NCBI RefSeq assembly: GCF_009914755.1
Contig: NC_060928.1
Strand: one strand, 5' to 3'
Origin: the human T2T-CHM13v2.0 reference genome, Homo sapiens
DNA length: 64,000 nt
Position numbers and translations under genes: made by a program. Under the pieces are notes generated by a model. That model made no database searches. It was not told the DNA's origin and worked only from the letters and a program-made list of their open reading frames with translations. This document shows positions 12,504 through 26,022 of the stretch, one piece after another. How positions within the stretch are numbered: the stretch's first letter is position 1; each line of letters begins with the position of its first letter.

Positions 12504-13938
12504 TAGACTTAGTAAATTATTTTAGCCTCAGGCATATCTCCCTGTTATATTCTTCTTATAAACTATCTAGGACACACATAAATATAACTTCTCCAGGAAA
12601 GCCTTCCTGTTCCATAAAAAATGAATAAAAGTCAGAGATACCAGACCATGCCTAAGGAAAAAGAAATCACACTCTCAGATTTATACTAATATAGAAGACT
12701 TTCTGAATTCAACTCCCATATGCTTTTGATTAATTCTTATATCATGAAACACCATAAGAAATAGGAAAAAGAAGACTGAGGGGGCATGGGGAGGAGGAAA
12801 AGGGGGGCAGGAATATGAGGAAGAGGCAGAAGAGTAGATGGAGCAAAAGAGAAGGAAAAATGAAAAGAAAGACAAAAAAAAAAAGATACTGTCATTTGCA
12901 TGTACACGAAATTCTGAAAACTGCCATGTGGCCATTCTAAGGCAGATACTATTCCCATTTTACAGATGAACAAACTAAAGCATAAATATGCTAAGTATCA
13001 TGTACAAGGTAAAGTATTAAAATGGCAATGTCAAAAATTAAGAATTGTCAAAATTTCTAAGGTTACAAAGGTATAATTTGTATGCACTCTTACTATCCTG
13101 TAATTATTTCTACTGTTTTCTGAGGACAATTGTTATTTTTACTATTAGAAGAATTAGAGAATTATTGAATGCTTTATTTTATTCATAAGAAATATTTAAA
13201 AAGCTTTTGAGAGTTTTACCAAAAAAAAAAAAAAAAAAACAATAGGAGAAAGAGAGCTCTTGAGGTCAGGTTACTTGGAGAAAAGATTGAAGAAAATAGA
13301 ATGAGATGATATTGGAAACATTTACCATTTATCAACTCAGGCTCTTAGAGTTCTTGCATGCTCTTCAATCATTGACTTATCAGTAGATAAGCTTCTGACA
13401 TTTTACGAGAAAGAAATGAGACAACAGCAGGCAGCAACTGGAAATGGTTCATTGTTATATTTTTAAAATTTATTTTTCCTACAATCTCTTATTTTTAATG
13501 TTCCAACAAATACTTGAAAATGGTATTTAACAATTATTTTAAATCTGCTCTCCATTTTGTTATCCATGATTAGTTATTTTAATCATTCATGGGAACTAGC
13601 TAAATGAGCTAAATAAATATTCCCATCTGCTTTATGAAAATCTTATTAAAATTGTCATCAGAACATGACTGTCTATTAATGAATTATACACTAACACAAA
13701 GTTAAATTATATGTATTTGTTTTCAGGATAAGCTGGGGAGAATTTGAGCAGTAGGTAAAAGGGTTTGAGAGAATGTCTTTTTATGTGAATGTATGAACAA
13801 ATATTCTAACAATAATTTGATTTGATGTAGAAAATCATAAACTTTATTTTCAAATATTATACTCCTCCATCTCAAAACTATCACTACTGAACATGAATGC
13901 TGTGTCAAATTCACATGTTTCTTGAACCGGAGTGCACT

Positions 13939-15130
13939 TATTCAACACATATTGTTTAAACACTTTATTTGTGTTAAACATTGCTATTAATGCTGAAGAT
14001 ACAAGTGTGTAAAACAAACAAACAATCTGATATTTTTGTGCTTATATACTAAGGGTAGGCCAAATAATGAACTAAAGAAAGAAAAATAAATAGTAGTTTA
14101 GTTGGCAATAAGTCTAGTAAAGAAATAAAACAAGGAAGCATAATAAAAAATGTTGGCTAGCTTTGCTCTCTTAGTAGTCAGGAAAAGCCTCCAGGAAATG
14201 TTAACAGTTAAGATCTAAAGAAAAGCATTGACTAGTTTTGAGGAGCAAATGATATTATCTGCCAGGATTTAACAGGCTAGTTCTTGTTGTTAGTAGAGGA
14301 TATATTGAAAGTGATAAAGACACAAGTAGGAGGAAGATTCAGGAGTGCTAGAAGTAGAAGGGTTGATATATTTTGAAGCTATTGCCAAGAAGATGGATTG
14401 TATGTGAGGTGTCAGATTAAAAGACAAGTCATGATTTCTCCAAGTGTTTGGCCTGAGCTATTTGAAGGATGTAGTTGCCACTTATTGGCTTAAGTAGCTC
14501 TGTGGAAGATGTTTGGGAGAAGACCAAGTGGTCAGTTTTAGAGATATTAAGTTTGATATGCCTGGTAAACATCCAGATAGCTCAATAGATTAAATCGATA
14601 TATAGATATGTAGATTTACAGTCCAAGGAAAATAATAGGTTACAGTATATGTTTATGAGACATCACTAGGAAGTTTTTTTTAAATTATGGAACTCAATAA
14701 AGTAAATTATTGTAGAGGAGGAGAAGTTGTGATGACTCAGTTCTTGAAAGTCCATTCCTAATAAGTCAGTTGAAGAATCAGCAATAAGGAAAGGGAAAAG
14801 CCAACGAAGTTGGTTAAAAAAAGTGTATATTCTCCTGGAACTCAAATAACAAATGCTAGTTAAGGAGGAGGCGATTAACAGTGGAAAATGTTGTTGATAT
14901 ACCCAGTAAGATAAGACGTGAGAATAGGGCTCTGCATTTAGCAAAGTATTTGCCGTGCCTCACTGGTGACCTCAGTAAGTTCAGATTCTGAGAACTGATG
15001 GAAGTGAGTGCCCAAATGAATTGGGACTAGGATACAGTGAGAAGAGGCAAATGAAAGCTGACAATATGAATACCTAAGGAAAGTAATGAGAGAAATGGGC
15101 AAAAACTAGAGACGACAGCAGAGGCAAGAG
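13939..15130 (-). mobile_element. L2 fragment
   Basis: Begins ttattcaacacatattgttt (reverse complement of the L2 3' tail), followed by diverged purine-rich L2-like text. Boundaries approximate. Confidence 0.6.
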
Positions 15131-15150
15131 AAAGCTTTTTTATTTGTTAG

Positions 15151-15194
15151 GCGCGCGCGCGCGCGCGCGCGTGTGTGTGTGTGTGTATGTGTGT
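15151..15194. repeat. (GC)10(GT)n compound microsatellite, Z-DNA-prone
   Basis: gcgcgcgcgcgcgcgcgcgcgtgtgtgtgtgtgtgtatgtgtgt. Confidence 0.95.
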
Positions 15195-16489
15195 AATTAA
15201 GTTAAAGAACATAATAAATATATTTTCTTTCATCCTAGGACTTTTCTCAAAATTTTTATCTCATGAATATTTTGAGTCTATACTTTGTCCATTTTAAAGT
15301 TTGAGTAATAGACATAAAACAAAGTTTCTGTTAGAACATACATTACTAAGATAATACATCTCATTTAAGATATTTGATAAATATATCTATCCTAAGCATT
15401 ATAACAAATCATGTCAAAGAATAATTAAATATTAAGAAGTCAAATTTAAATTCTTAGCAAGTTATCAAAAGGCTCAGCATTTGTTATTGTTATATTTTAT
15501 GTATATTACTTTCTCTCTCCAAATGATTATTAAAAATAAAATAATAATAATAATTTTGTCCATATTATGGTCAAAGCGCTATTCTAAGCATGTAACATAT
15601 ATTATCCCTACTCTACTAGAAGTTTCCAAAGTAACATTTATTAACTTTATTGATATGATTTTATTAACCCATATTCTAAATAAGGGTCTTGGGGATGAGC
15701 AATTCAGTGACTTTCTTACTCCTTGATAGACACAAATGATGTAACAGGGATTGAGTCCAGATATGCTTAATTCCAAAGTACATGGTATGTAAATTGTACC
15801 ACTTTACAGCATAGTAAGTATTGAAAGACGGGCACTAAGTTATAAGCAACATTTCTTTTGTACACTGGGTAGAGCCAGGTACAATGAAAGGCACTTAATA
15901 TGATCTTACTACAAAGTTGTTAATTTGTCTAAGAAAAATAACATCAGGAATAATAATAATAATAAATAAATCAGTCTTTTTTATGTTTACAAATTCAAAA
16001 TGTTAGAAATTACTAAGCAAAAAAAAAAATTAATCTAGAAGACTTTTTTCTCTGAAGTGTCTCACCACTATTATGAAACAGTTTATCAATTTACAAACTA
16101 AAACAAGACACAGCAAGATCCACTTCTACTCAGACATCAAAGATTTGAATGCAGTAAATTGCACATTATATAGGGGTGATTGTGCAATAAAGGATTATGA
16201 GCTATCCAGTGTTAATCCTCTATTTAGCCTGCTAAGTTTCTATAAAGATCTGCCACTTGAGATGCAAATGTCAGGACTCTCATAGTTCAAACATGAGACT
16301 CCCATGCAAAATTGCAAAATTCTTATCTCTGAATAATGAATATTTAAATTTCATTTCTTCTAAATGTTTAATTTTTTTCACAATTTAATTAACACGTAAA
16401 AATATAAAAATCCCTGTCTTACCTTCAAATAAAATATGAATAAGAAAAAATTTAAATGTGTAAGGCAAATAATTAGGAACTAATTGGCA

Positions 16490-16514
16490 TGTGTGTGTGT
16501 GTGTGTGTGTGTGT
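16490..16514. repeat. (GT)n microsatellite
   Basis: Directly visible; shares its 3' flank with the 15151 repeat. Confidence 0.9.
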
Positions 16515-18037
16515 AATTAAGTAAAAGAACATTTAAACATCATGAGTTTTTCATTACTTTAAGGTGGATTGCCTGTCAGGGTCTATACACCTGTCAGAAA
16601 GGACACAATAACCAGTGTCATTTTAGAATTGTAGTCTTTGGAAATCCTTGACTTATTTGATTTTCATTCCATTTGTTGCACTGTGTCCTTGAATTTAACT
16701 GTGTTTTTTCTTGTAAGATTTGTGTTTTTCATAGTGGAATATTATAAACATTAGCAACTTCTGAAGAGTAATTTTATTTTTTTATTTTTCTTATGATATT
16801 TAAATATAAAATATTTGTGTAATATATTTAAATATTAAATATTTTGTATGATATTTAAAAATCTCAAAACTTCACCTTGATACTAAAATAAAAGTAAATT
16901 ATAGAAGTCCTGAAATAAATATATCAAAATTCTATTTTGTATGATATATACTCATCGCTTATATATGGCCTCAGTAGAACTATAGAAAAAGCATATGATT
17001 TAAAACTGTACAGAAATGGTTTTAGATCTTTTAGTTCAATTCATGACCTGTGTGCACTAATAAAAGGTCTTAATCTTTCTTTTCCATCTATGAATTAAAG
17101 TTAATATAACTCAATTTATAAACTGCTCATAGTGTTATAATTACTGAATAAGAAATTATATATTATGTGCTTGGCAATTATTAAAGAAAGGACTAAACAG
17201 CTTCTTTTTTCCTTTTTTCTAAAGACCTAGCTAGAACATGGAAAAATGGAATGATTGATTGCATTTTATTTTTAGAACACAGCAACAAAAACGTATTCAA
17301 TATTTTTGTAAAACAAGATCAAGCTCTATTTTATTACCTGTACAAATATGCCTTTCTCATATTAAGTTAATAGTACTTTTCAAATTTATTAAAAACTGAA
17401 AATGCTTGGAATATTATTTATGCATATATTTATCTAAAATATAAACATATATTTATAATTTAGTTTTCTAACCTAAGAAGAGTATATTTTCTCATTCCTT
17501 AGTGCAACACCTGTGAATATGGATTTGGACGAGTAACATTTCAAAACATTATTTTCATGAACTTAAATAGTGTTTTTGAAGCAAGTAAACTTTCATAAAA
17601 AGTGAGGTAGTCACTTTTTAAGAAAAATAATAAAATCAATTCAAAATAATGCTTAAATGATTAAATTTTTTCAGACATATTACATGTTACTTCTAACAAC
17701 TACTGTGGCTTTTGCTTACTATTTTCTATAGAAACTAATCAAACTCTATGATAATTTGTATATACAATGAAGTACACGAAGACAAAAACCTGGAGACATT
17801 TTACATGTAGGAAAATAGGTTGAGCATTTGTAATTTTACCTGTGGACAATGGTCAATGACAGCATAAAATTCACAGACCAATGACAGAACCTCATTATTA
17901 TCTACCATTTAATTAATTTAAATTGAGTATGAGAGATGCATTGAACATCTTCTATTAAAACAATGCATAAAGTATGCATCCTGTTCACCACAAAATTAAG
18001 GTAAAAGTCAGAAATGTATTTCAGAACAGTCGTGTTA

Positions 18038-18383
<346 letters not shown>

Positions 18384-18439
18384 GTCAAAAGTAGAAAATT
18401 GCAAGTGTGTTCCTTTTGCATCAGTTAAATACTGCTGGA

Positions 18440-18640
18440 GAACCTTTGAAAGGTCAAATGGTATGCCATTCCAAGAGTTCAGTTTTATTTAGCAGGCTTG
18501 AAAACAGTGACTGATCTTATTTCTATATATAACACGCTATTGTGATTTGCTGTGTAGAGTATTACTTTACCAGCAATTGAATGATTTCTTGCTTTCTCCT
18601 TTTATCTCTGCTTTGTAATATGACTACTCTTATCTGAAAT
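18440..18640 (-). promoter_or_regulatory. Putative TECRL proximal promoter with muscle/cardiac motifs
   Basis: CTATATATAA (MEF2 consensus, also TATA-like) at 18523-18532; TAAATAAAA near 18483-18491; AAAGGTCA at 18449-18456; AGATAA at 18602-18607 and 18630-18635. Exact TSS not determinable from sequence. Confidence 0.6.
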
Positions 18641-20212
18641 TCCAAAGCAAGAATAGACAGAACATTTTCATCATCTCTGAGTTCTGGATGCACTGATCTT
18701 CAAACACACACACACATTTGCATTGAGATGTATTTAACATTAGCAAAGTGCTATCTTAAAGTTAAATTTTTAAAAGTCCTAGTACATTACTATGTAACAT
18801 TTAAAAAATCCTGTCTAAGGTAAAGAGAAGTGGCATATATATGTTTATATATGTTTTTTATATAAATATATGTGCATGTGCATGTAAAGCATTCTAAAGT
18901 GAAAAATTTATTTTTGTCAGTACTAATTACAAATACCAACGAACTTAAAATAACTGTTACACAATATAAAATGATGAATTCTTCACTTCATATAAACATT
19001 GAAAAGATAGCAAACTATGAGATTAGAATTTGATAGAGAACAATTTTGTAACCTGGGGAAAAAGAAGTAAACATTATTTTAGCATTGTATATCTTTGGAA
19101 ATCTGTTGAACTGATATACAAAATCTGTAGTCAGCATCACATTTTCCACAACACTATGTTATGGAAAATACAGATAGCCTCAGAATGAAAAATGAAATCT
19201 GAAAAACATCCTGGCAAAAGAGCTTTTAGAAAAACTCCTAGTCCTCTGAGATATGTAAATCTGATGAAGAAACAACTGAAAAAAAAATCCAAAACATATT
19301 ATCACTGATTCAAAATGATATTAAAGGAAAATATTCTGGAATGTGATTTTCAATGAAAACATACAAATAAAATGACACAAAATATATAGGGGAGGAAACC
19401 TGTTATCTACCTGAGGCTAATCTTTACTTTTATAAACAACTAAAATAATGTATTCATTTTTAATTTTATTATACATTATGCCCTAGAGATTCACTTTACA
19501 CTCTTCAGTTATTATGTTGACACTTAATATTTTATATTACATTACATTCAATATTTTATATTTTCAAAAATATAAATGATAGGGATATGTGTCTTTTTAC
19601 ACGTATGTGTGGGCACACATTATGCAACTTTATCATCTGGTTGTTCAGCACTTCAAACTTGGAATCATCTTTAACTTCTCCATTTCTCCCACACCTCACA
19701 TCTAATCCATCAGAGATCCACTACACAATCTGTTCACAGTTACAATCCAAGCATGAATCTCACCTGTATTGCATATCCAAACTGCTCTTCCTACCCCAAC
19801 ACTAGTCAATCAATAGTCTATTTTTAAAACAGTAGGTGGAGTGACCTGGTTCTATATTAAGTGGGTAACTTAATCTGCTCAACACACTGCAGGGGCTTTC
19901 TATTTTATGTTAAAAAAAAAAAAAAGCCAAAGATATTTGCAAAGGTTTGCAAAGTTCTGCATCACCCAGCACCCTATGACATCTCTCTGACCATATCCCC
20001 TAACCTATTTACAGCATTTAGAACAGTTTCTAATATGGACTGGTGATCCATAAACAGTATTAAATAAATTAATTAATGACCAAAAAGTATAATTTGAATG
20101 TGTAACAGAATGATATTGTGCTAAGTTATTGCATTATATTGAAATGACCTAAACACTATTCATATAATGTTTCTCCAGATTTTTTTTTTTTTATTTAAAA
20201 AAAGGAATAGTT

Positions 20213-20520
20213 GGCTGGGTGCAGTGGGTCACGCCTGTAATCCCAGCCCTTTGGGAGGCCGAGGTGGGCACATCACAAGTCAGGAGTTCGAGACCAACCT
20301 GGCCAACATAGTGAAACCCCGTCTCTACTAAAAATACAAAAATTCGCTGGGTGTGGTGGCGAGCGCCTGCAGTCCCAGCTACTCGGAAGGCTGAGGCAGA
20401 AGAATCACTTGAACTCAGGAGGTGGAGGTTGCTGAGAGCCAAGATCGCACCACTCCATTCCAGCCTGGGTGACAGAGCAAGACTCCGTCTCAAAAAAAAA
20501 AGAAAAAGAAAAAGAAATAG
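20213..20520 (+). mobile_element. Alu (AluS-like)
   Basis: ggctgggtgcagtgggtcacgcctgtaatcccag...gactccgtctc plus A-tail; TSD-like aaa(g/a)aatagt on both sides. Confidence 0.95.
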
Positions 20521-21360
20521 TCAAAAGAATTCAGAAGCCAATTGGAAAGAGCTCTCATAGCCAAAGTTTGAATAATTCAAGCAACAAAATAAGTACTAAT
20601 AATAATGGGTTCAAATTCACAAAACAGTATACCTAGGAGTTCATACCATTATAAATAAATGATTGAATACATAATAAATAAATAAATAAATAAATAAGAA
20701 CCAGGAGCAAGTCTTCCTTACACAAGACTTCCACATAATTTATGGATATATTGTCTCCTTGAGTGTGGGTTTCAATTACTGACACATTTACAAAAAATAA
20801 TGAATGAAAAGGGAAAAACAGCCACTTTATAGAAGAGAAATCCGGAAAGCAGATAGCATCTTAACCACTTGACCAAGTCTATTATCACCATGAAAAGTCA
20901 TGTTGCCATTCATGTACTCATTATGTCATGAAAGGAGAAGAATGCTTCACTCTTGTAATATTCCTCCAAACCTCATTATCTCAATCCAGCTACAAGAATA
21001 CATCAAGGACAAATTGAGGGACATTTTACATAATATGGGACCAATACTATTCAAAAGTATCAACACGATAAAAAATCGAGAAAAATTGAGACTGCGACAG
21101 ATCAGAAAAGCCTACACAGGGACACTACTGGAACATTCGATGTGCTATCCGGGGTTGTTTTCTGGAACCAAAAAAGAATGTTAGTGGGAAAATCTGTTGA
21201 AATAAATATAACATCTGTAGTTTAACCGTATTGCATCAATGTTAATTCTGAGTATGGTAAATCTACTATAGTGATGCAATATGTAAAATTAAGGTAAATC
21301 CAGTGATGAATATACAAAACTTTCTACTTTTTTCTCAGGTCTGATAAAATCATTCCAAAA
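20521..21360 (+). mobile_element. Old L1M (L1MC/MD-like) 3' UTR fragment
   Basis: Diverged L1M-like 3'UTR text with an internal (AAAT)n; boundaries approximate. Confidence 0.5.
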
Positions 21361-21904
21361 TAAAAGGTGTAAAATAAACTTACACCCACCAAAATAATAA
21401 CAAAAGCAAGGAATGTAGAAAGAGACAAAAAGATGGGGGGGCGAGTATCCCTGAAAAGAGGAAAATTGCATCTATTCACCTAAGTTAAAAATTTTGAAGG
21501 GAAGTAAAAAATTTCAGATATTATACTACTTATTATTTTATTACCTATACATGAAGTAGTTTTAAAAACAAAATATTTGTTATTTGTTAAGGTGTTTTAT
21601 ATGGTTTTGCTAAACATATCACAATGAAAATAACATTGAATTAATACTCGTACTAGATAATGGATATCATTTGGTAAACTATATTCCAATTTAAAATATA
21701 TTTAAAATTTAAAAATAATAAAAATACACACACATTAATAAAAATACACAGTCAAAAGATGGAATCTTCATTCCAGTTGCATTTAGTTGTTAAAAACACT
21801 GAACAGAAAAAATTACATTATATTCACTTCCTATTTTTTATATTTTTTAACAAAAAGCATTTCATTTCAGTTTAGTCTCCATTTGAGGTGTTACTTCTTT
21901 TCAG

Positions 21905-22990
21905 CTCATTTTTAACATTAACAACATGGCTTAGAGCAGTTTTAATTTACAGAAAAATTAAGCATAAGGCACAGATTTTCCTAATAATCCTTTGCACATC
22001 CTCAACATTAGTTTCTTTAATTATTATTTAACATCTTTCATAGTGTAGTAAAATTTTTATAGTTGAAGAACCAACATTGATATATTATCATTAACTAATT
22101 TCACTAGGTTATTTTAGATTTCCCAGTTTGTGTTTTACTGTGTTGTGACAAATGCAAAATGTATCCACCATGACAATATTATACAGAACAGTTTTGGTGA
22201 CCTAAAATATTCTATCTACCAATTGTTCATCCATCCTTAGCCCCTCTAAGCCCTGGAAATCACTGATGATTTTATCATTTTCATAGTTTTGCTTTTCCCA
22301 TAATGTCATTAGTTGGAATATGTAGTACGTAATGTTTTCAGACTGGCTTCTCTCACTTAGCAATTCATATTTAAACTTCCTCCATGTTCTTTCATAGCTT
22401 AACAGCTCATTAATTGTTGTTAATTGCTGAAAAATACCTAGTTGTAAGGATGTACCATATTTTGTTTGTCCTTCCTATTAAAGGAAACCTTGTTTGTTGC
22501 TATGAGTATTTGTGTGCAGGTTTTTATATGAATATAATTTTAAATTTATTTGGTAAATAGCTATGAGTATAATTGTGGGAATGAATGGTAAGCTTATGGT
22601 TAACTTTATAAGAAACTGCCGGAATGTCTTTTAAAGTGGTTGTATCATTTTGCATCCCACCCAGCAATGAATGGGAGTTGCTGTCACTCCACATCCTCTC
22701 CAGCATTTGGTATTGTCAGTGTTTTGGGTTTTAGCCATATCTAATTGATGTTTTGTGGCATCTGTTTGTCTTATTTCATAATGACGTGATATTGAATATA
22801 TTTTAATATGCATATTTGATATCTGTATATCTTCTTTGGTGAGGTGTTTGTTCACATCTTTTGTCCATTTTGTAATTAATTTGTTTTCTTATTTTTGAGT
22901 TTTAAGATTTCTTAGTACATTATAGATATAGCTCCTTCATCAGATATTTGTGTTACAAATACAAACTTCCAGTCTGTGGTTTCTCTTCGA
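21905..22990 (-). mobile_element. Old L1M fragment (ORF2 C-terminus and 3'UTR)
   Basis: Minus ORFs MNKHLTKEDIQ...KCWRGCG...HCWVGCKMIQPL resemble the L1 ORF2 cysteine-rich C-terminus. Confidence 0.8.
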
Positions 22991-24843
22991 GGACCTCACA
23001 ATAAAAATTGTGTTTTTAATCTATGCTAAATGCTACCCAAATATATGTTGGAAGACACTGAACCTGGGGATGGGCAGGTGAAAGAGAAAACAAAATAGGA
23101 CTCTAAAGGCAAACCACTTGCCCTGTATTATTTTGTGTCAGTATTCATGCAAAAATGTTACATATTAGATAAAAAGAATTGGAATTCAGGAAGTTACGTA
23201 ATGAGCAGATTTTCAAAATACTGTATACATCAAGCTACATTATTGTTAGATGTAGGCAAACACATAGGTAAGAAAGATACATATAGAAAATGGCATCATT
23301 TACTGGAAATTGTATGGATTCAAGAAGCTCTTTCTTCTAATTAAAGAGTTATATGATCTCAAGATTTCTATTAACTGATACATTTTTATAACATTATGAA
23401 TCTTATAGGACTTTTATGAAATCTAACAAGAAAATTCATATAAAGTAAACAGAATTTTTTTGAAAACAGAAGGTGTTATATATATATGAACAGATTATAT
23501 ATATAAACAGATCTATGTTTTTCAAATCAGGTTTCTGTGTCTTTCTTCATCCCCATCACCCTGCTCAAACATTAAAATTATTCCTGTGCTTTCTCTTTCT
23601 AAATTTAAATCGTTGTAATACACTTAATAGTAATAAGTATACTAATAGGCAAACTGTTTTAATGGGTTTGGGCCTTGATCCCCAAAGACACAATCTTGAA
23701 TGCCATGACCCTGGATGCTGAAATCCCAAAAGATAAAAATTCCTACAGTTTAAAATCCTGGAAATCAAAGTCCTGGACGATCAAAATCCCAAAAATATAA
23801 TTCTGAAAAAAGTATTTAAAAATTCTATAAAATGTTTATTTATATGTTTAAATAGATTTACTTCAGAAACATTAAAAATATGAAAGAATACTTCATGGAC
23901 CACTTTACATAATAAATTAGGAAATAATGACATGCATATTTTTGTGAGTATAGACACTGGTATACTAAGAACTGTCACATCACTATAAAGTATGAGCAGA
24001 TGAACCATATTCATAAATAAATAGGTCAAAAAGTAAAATGTATAAACACATAGCACTGTAGTTGGCAATTTTGTGCACCCAATTTTTTTTAGCTTTTAAC
24101 TGCAGTAATTTAAAGTACCATAATGGACTACCTAATTGTTCAAATAAGATAGATCAAAAACTGTAATGGGTGCAGTCTCTTAAAGAGCTAAGATCTTGAG
24201 AAATTTTATTGTGTGCAAATGCAGATATACAAAAGTGACACCTTTTAATTTACTGAGGAAATTTCAAGGACTTTCTGTACTTGCACAACACTAACCCACA
24301 AAGTCAATGTTGTGATAATACACTTTCATGAAATCAAATTTGCAAAAAAAATGCATAAAACAAATTAGAATGATCTAAATATCTTTACACAATATATAAC
24401 CCCCCAGTATTGAGAATTAGGCAAAGATGAAATACATAGCATAGTAAATTAGTGCTATATGTGAAGAGGAAAAGGTTATATGAGATTAAATAATTTGGCA
24501 GGGAAGATTTGTTGTATTTTTTGCCTGAATTTTTATTTCTTCTGCATTCTTTGAAACACTCACTGCACTTATATTTGGAGAATGGTTGTGGTCTACTAAA
24601 TCTGTAAGTATATGCTGCCCATTTGAATATCTGGTTATTGCACAGCCACTGCAATTAAAAAATTCTCTGCCTTCGAAACACTGATAATAATGACCTTTAA
24701 GACTTCATATTTCACCATTAAGTAGTCTAGTAAATTTAATTTTAATAGCATTTTTGTGAGAGAACAATTTCACTAGTCTCTTCTATTGTATTGTAAGAAA
24801 TACGGTAAGAAGAAATAATATTGGGCTTCCCCAGTACCAAATC

Positions 24844-25435
24844 TATATTATGGTTCTCCAGAGAGACAGAATCAATAGGATATATACAGAGATAAATAAA
24901 AGAGGACTTGATAAGGAACTTTACTCATGCAATTATTGTGGTTTTGAAGTCCCACAACAGGCCATCTGCGAGCTGGAGACCCTGGGATGTCAGTAACAGG
25001 GCTTTGTCCAAAAGATGGAGAACCTGAAGATCTGATCTCTAAGGCAGCAAAAGAAAAGTCTGTCTCAGCTCTCAGAGAAACATCAAGTATCCTTATGTAT
25101 TCATTTTCTCTGGGAGCCCAGTTGATTTGATGGTCCATGGCAACAATGAGGAGAGATCTATTCCACCTGGTCCATCCAGACTTACACACTAATCTGCTAT
25201 GGAAACACCGCAGAGTCACACCCAAAATAATATTTTACAAGGTTTCTAGATACCTTAATCCAGCTGACACTTAAAATTAAGTCCACGATTCCAGACTTTG
25301 TCAACCTGGCCGCCATATTCATCTCCTTAAATCACACTTAATTTCCAAATAAAGACAGTAACAAGGTAGTAGTTTAATCTAACATGATGCAACTATCCTG
25401 CATACAACTGAAAACGCACTAATCTCTTACCTAGC
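24844..25435 (-). mobile_element. MLT2-type ERVL LTR (24844-~25288) plus ERVL 3' internal end, embedded in Ricksha
   Basis: tatattatggttctccagagagacagaatcaatagga is the reverse complement of the MLT2 3' end; gtcaacctggc...catctcctt resembles the ERVL PPT-side internal sequence. Confidence 0.75.
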
Positions 25436-25482
25436 ATTTAGCATTCAAGGTTTTGACATTTGGGATTTTAATCTTTTGAGAT

Positions 25483-25528
25483 TTAAGACATTAGGAATTT
25501 TAGACTTAAGACATTAGGAATTTTAGAC
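25483..25528. repeat. 23-bp perfect tandem duplication
   Basis: ttaagacattaggaattttagac twice. Confidence 0.9.
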
Positions 25529-25700
25529 TTTGGGAATATTTATCTATAGAGATTGTTTAAAATCTTTTGTGATTTCAGGATTATGGCATTTAGGATTGTA
25601 TCCTTTAGGTTTATTATTGGCACTGGGTTCTAACCAGGTCAATTGACTCACAGAAATATCTTCAAGTACATTAGCCTCTTCACCCATAAAGTTTATATAG

Positions 25701-26022
<322 letters not shown>

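Larger units (their letters stand above)
23664..25625 (+). mobile_element. Ricksha (MULE/MuDR) DNA transposon carrying an ERVL fragment
   Basis: Left end gggtttggg...atcccaaaagacacaatc...aaatcccaaaag with repeated AATCC motifs; mirror GGATT motifs at the right end. Degenerate 9-bp TSD tgttttaat / ggttctaac. Confidence 0.7.

Noticed and set aside
16790-16950. AT-only quasi-palindromic stretch with repeated tattttgtatgatat
   Set aside because: Low complexity; cannot be distinguished from slippage or chance.
20191-20560. Alu-derived ORFs (also 25746, 28335, 36313, 43358, 63461)
   Set aside because: Standard Alu translation artefacts.
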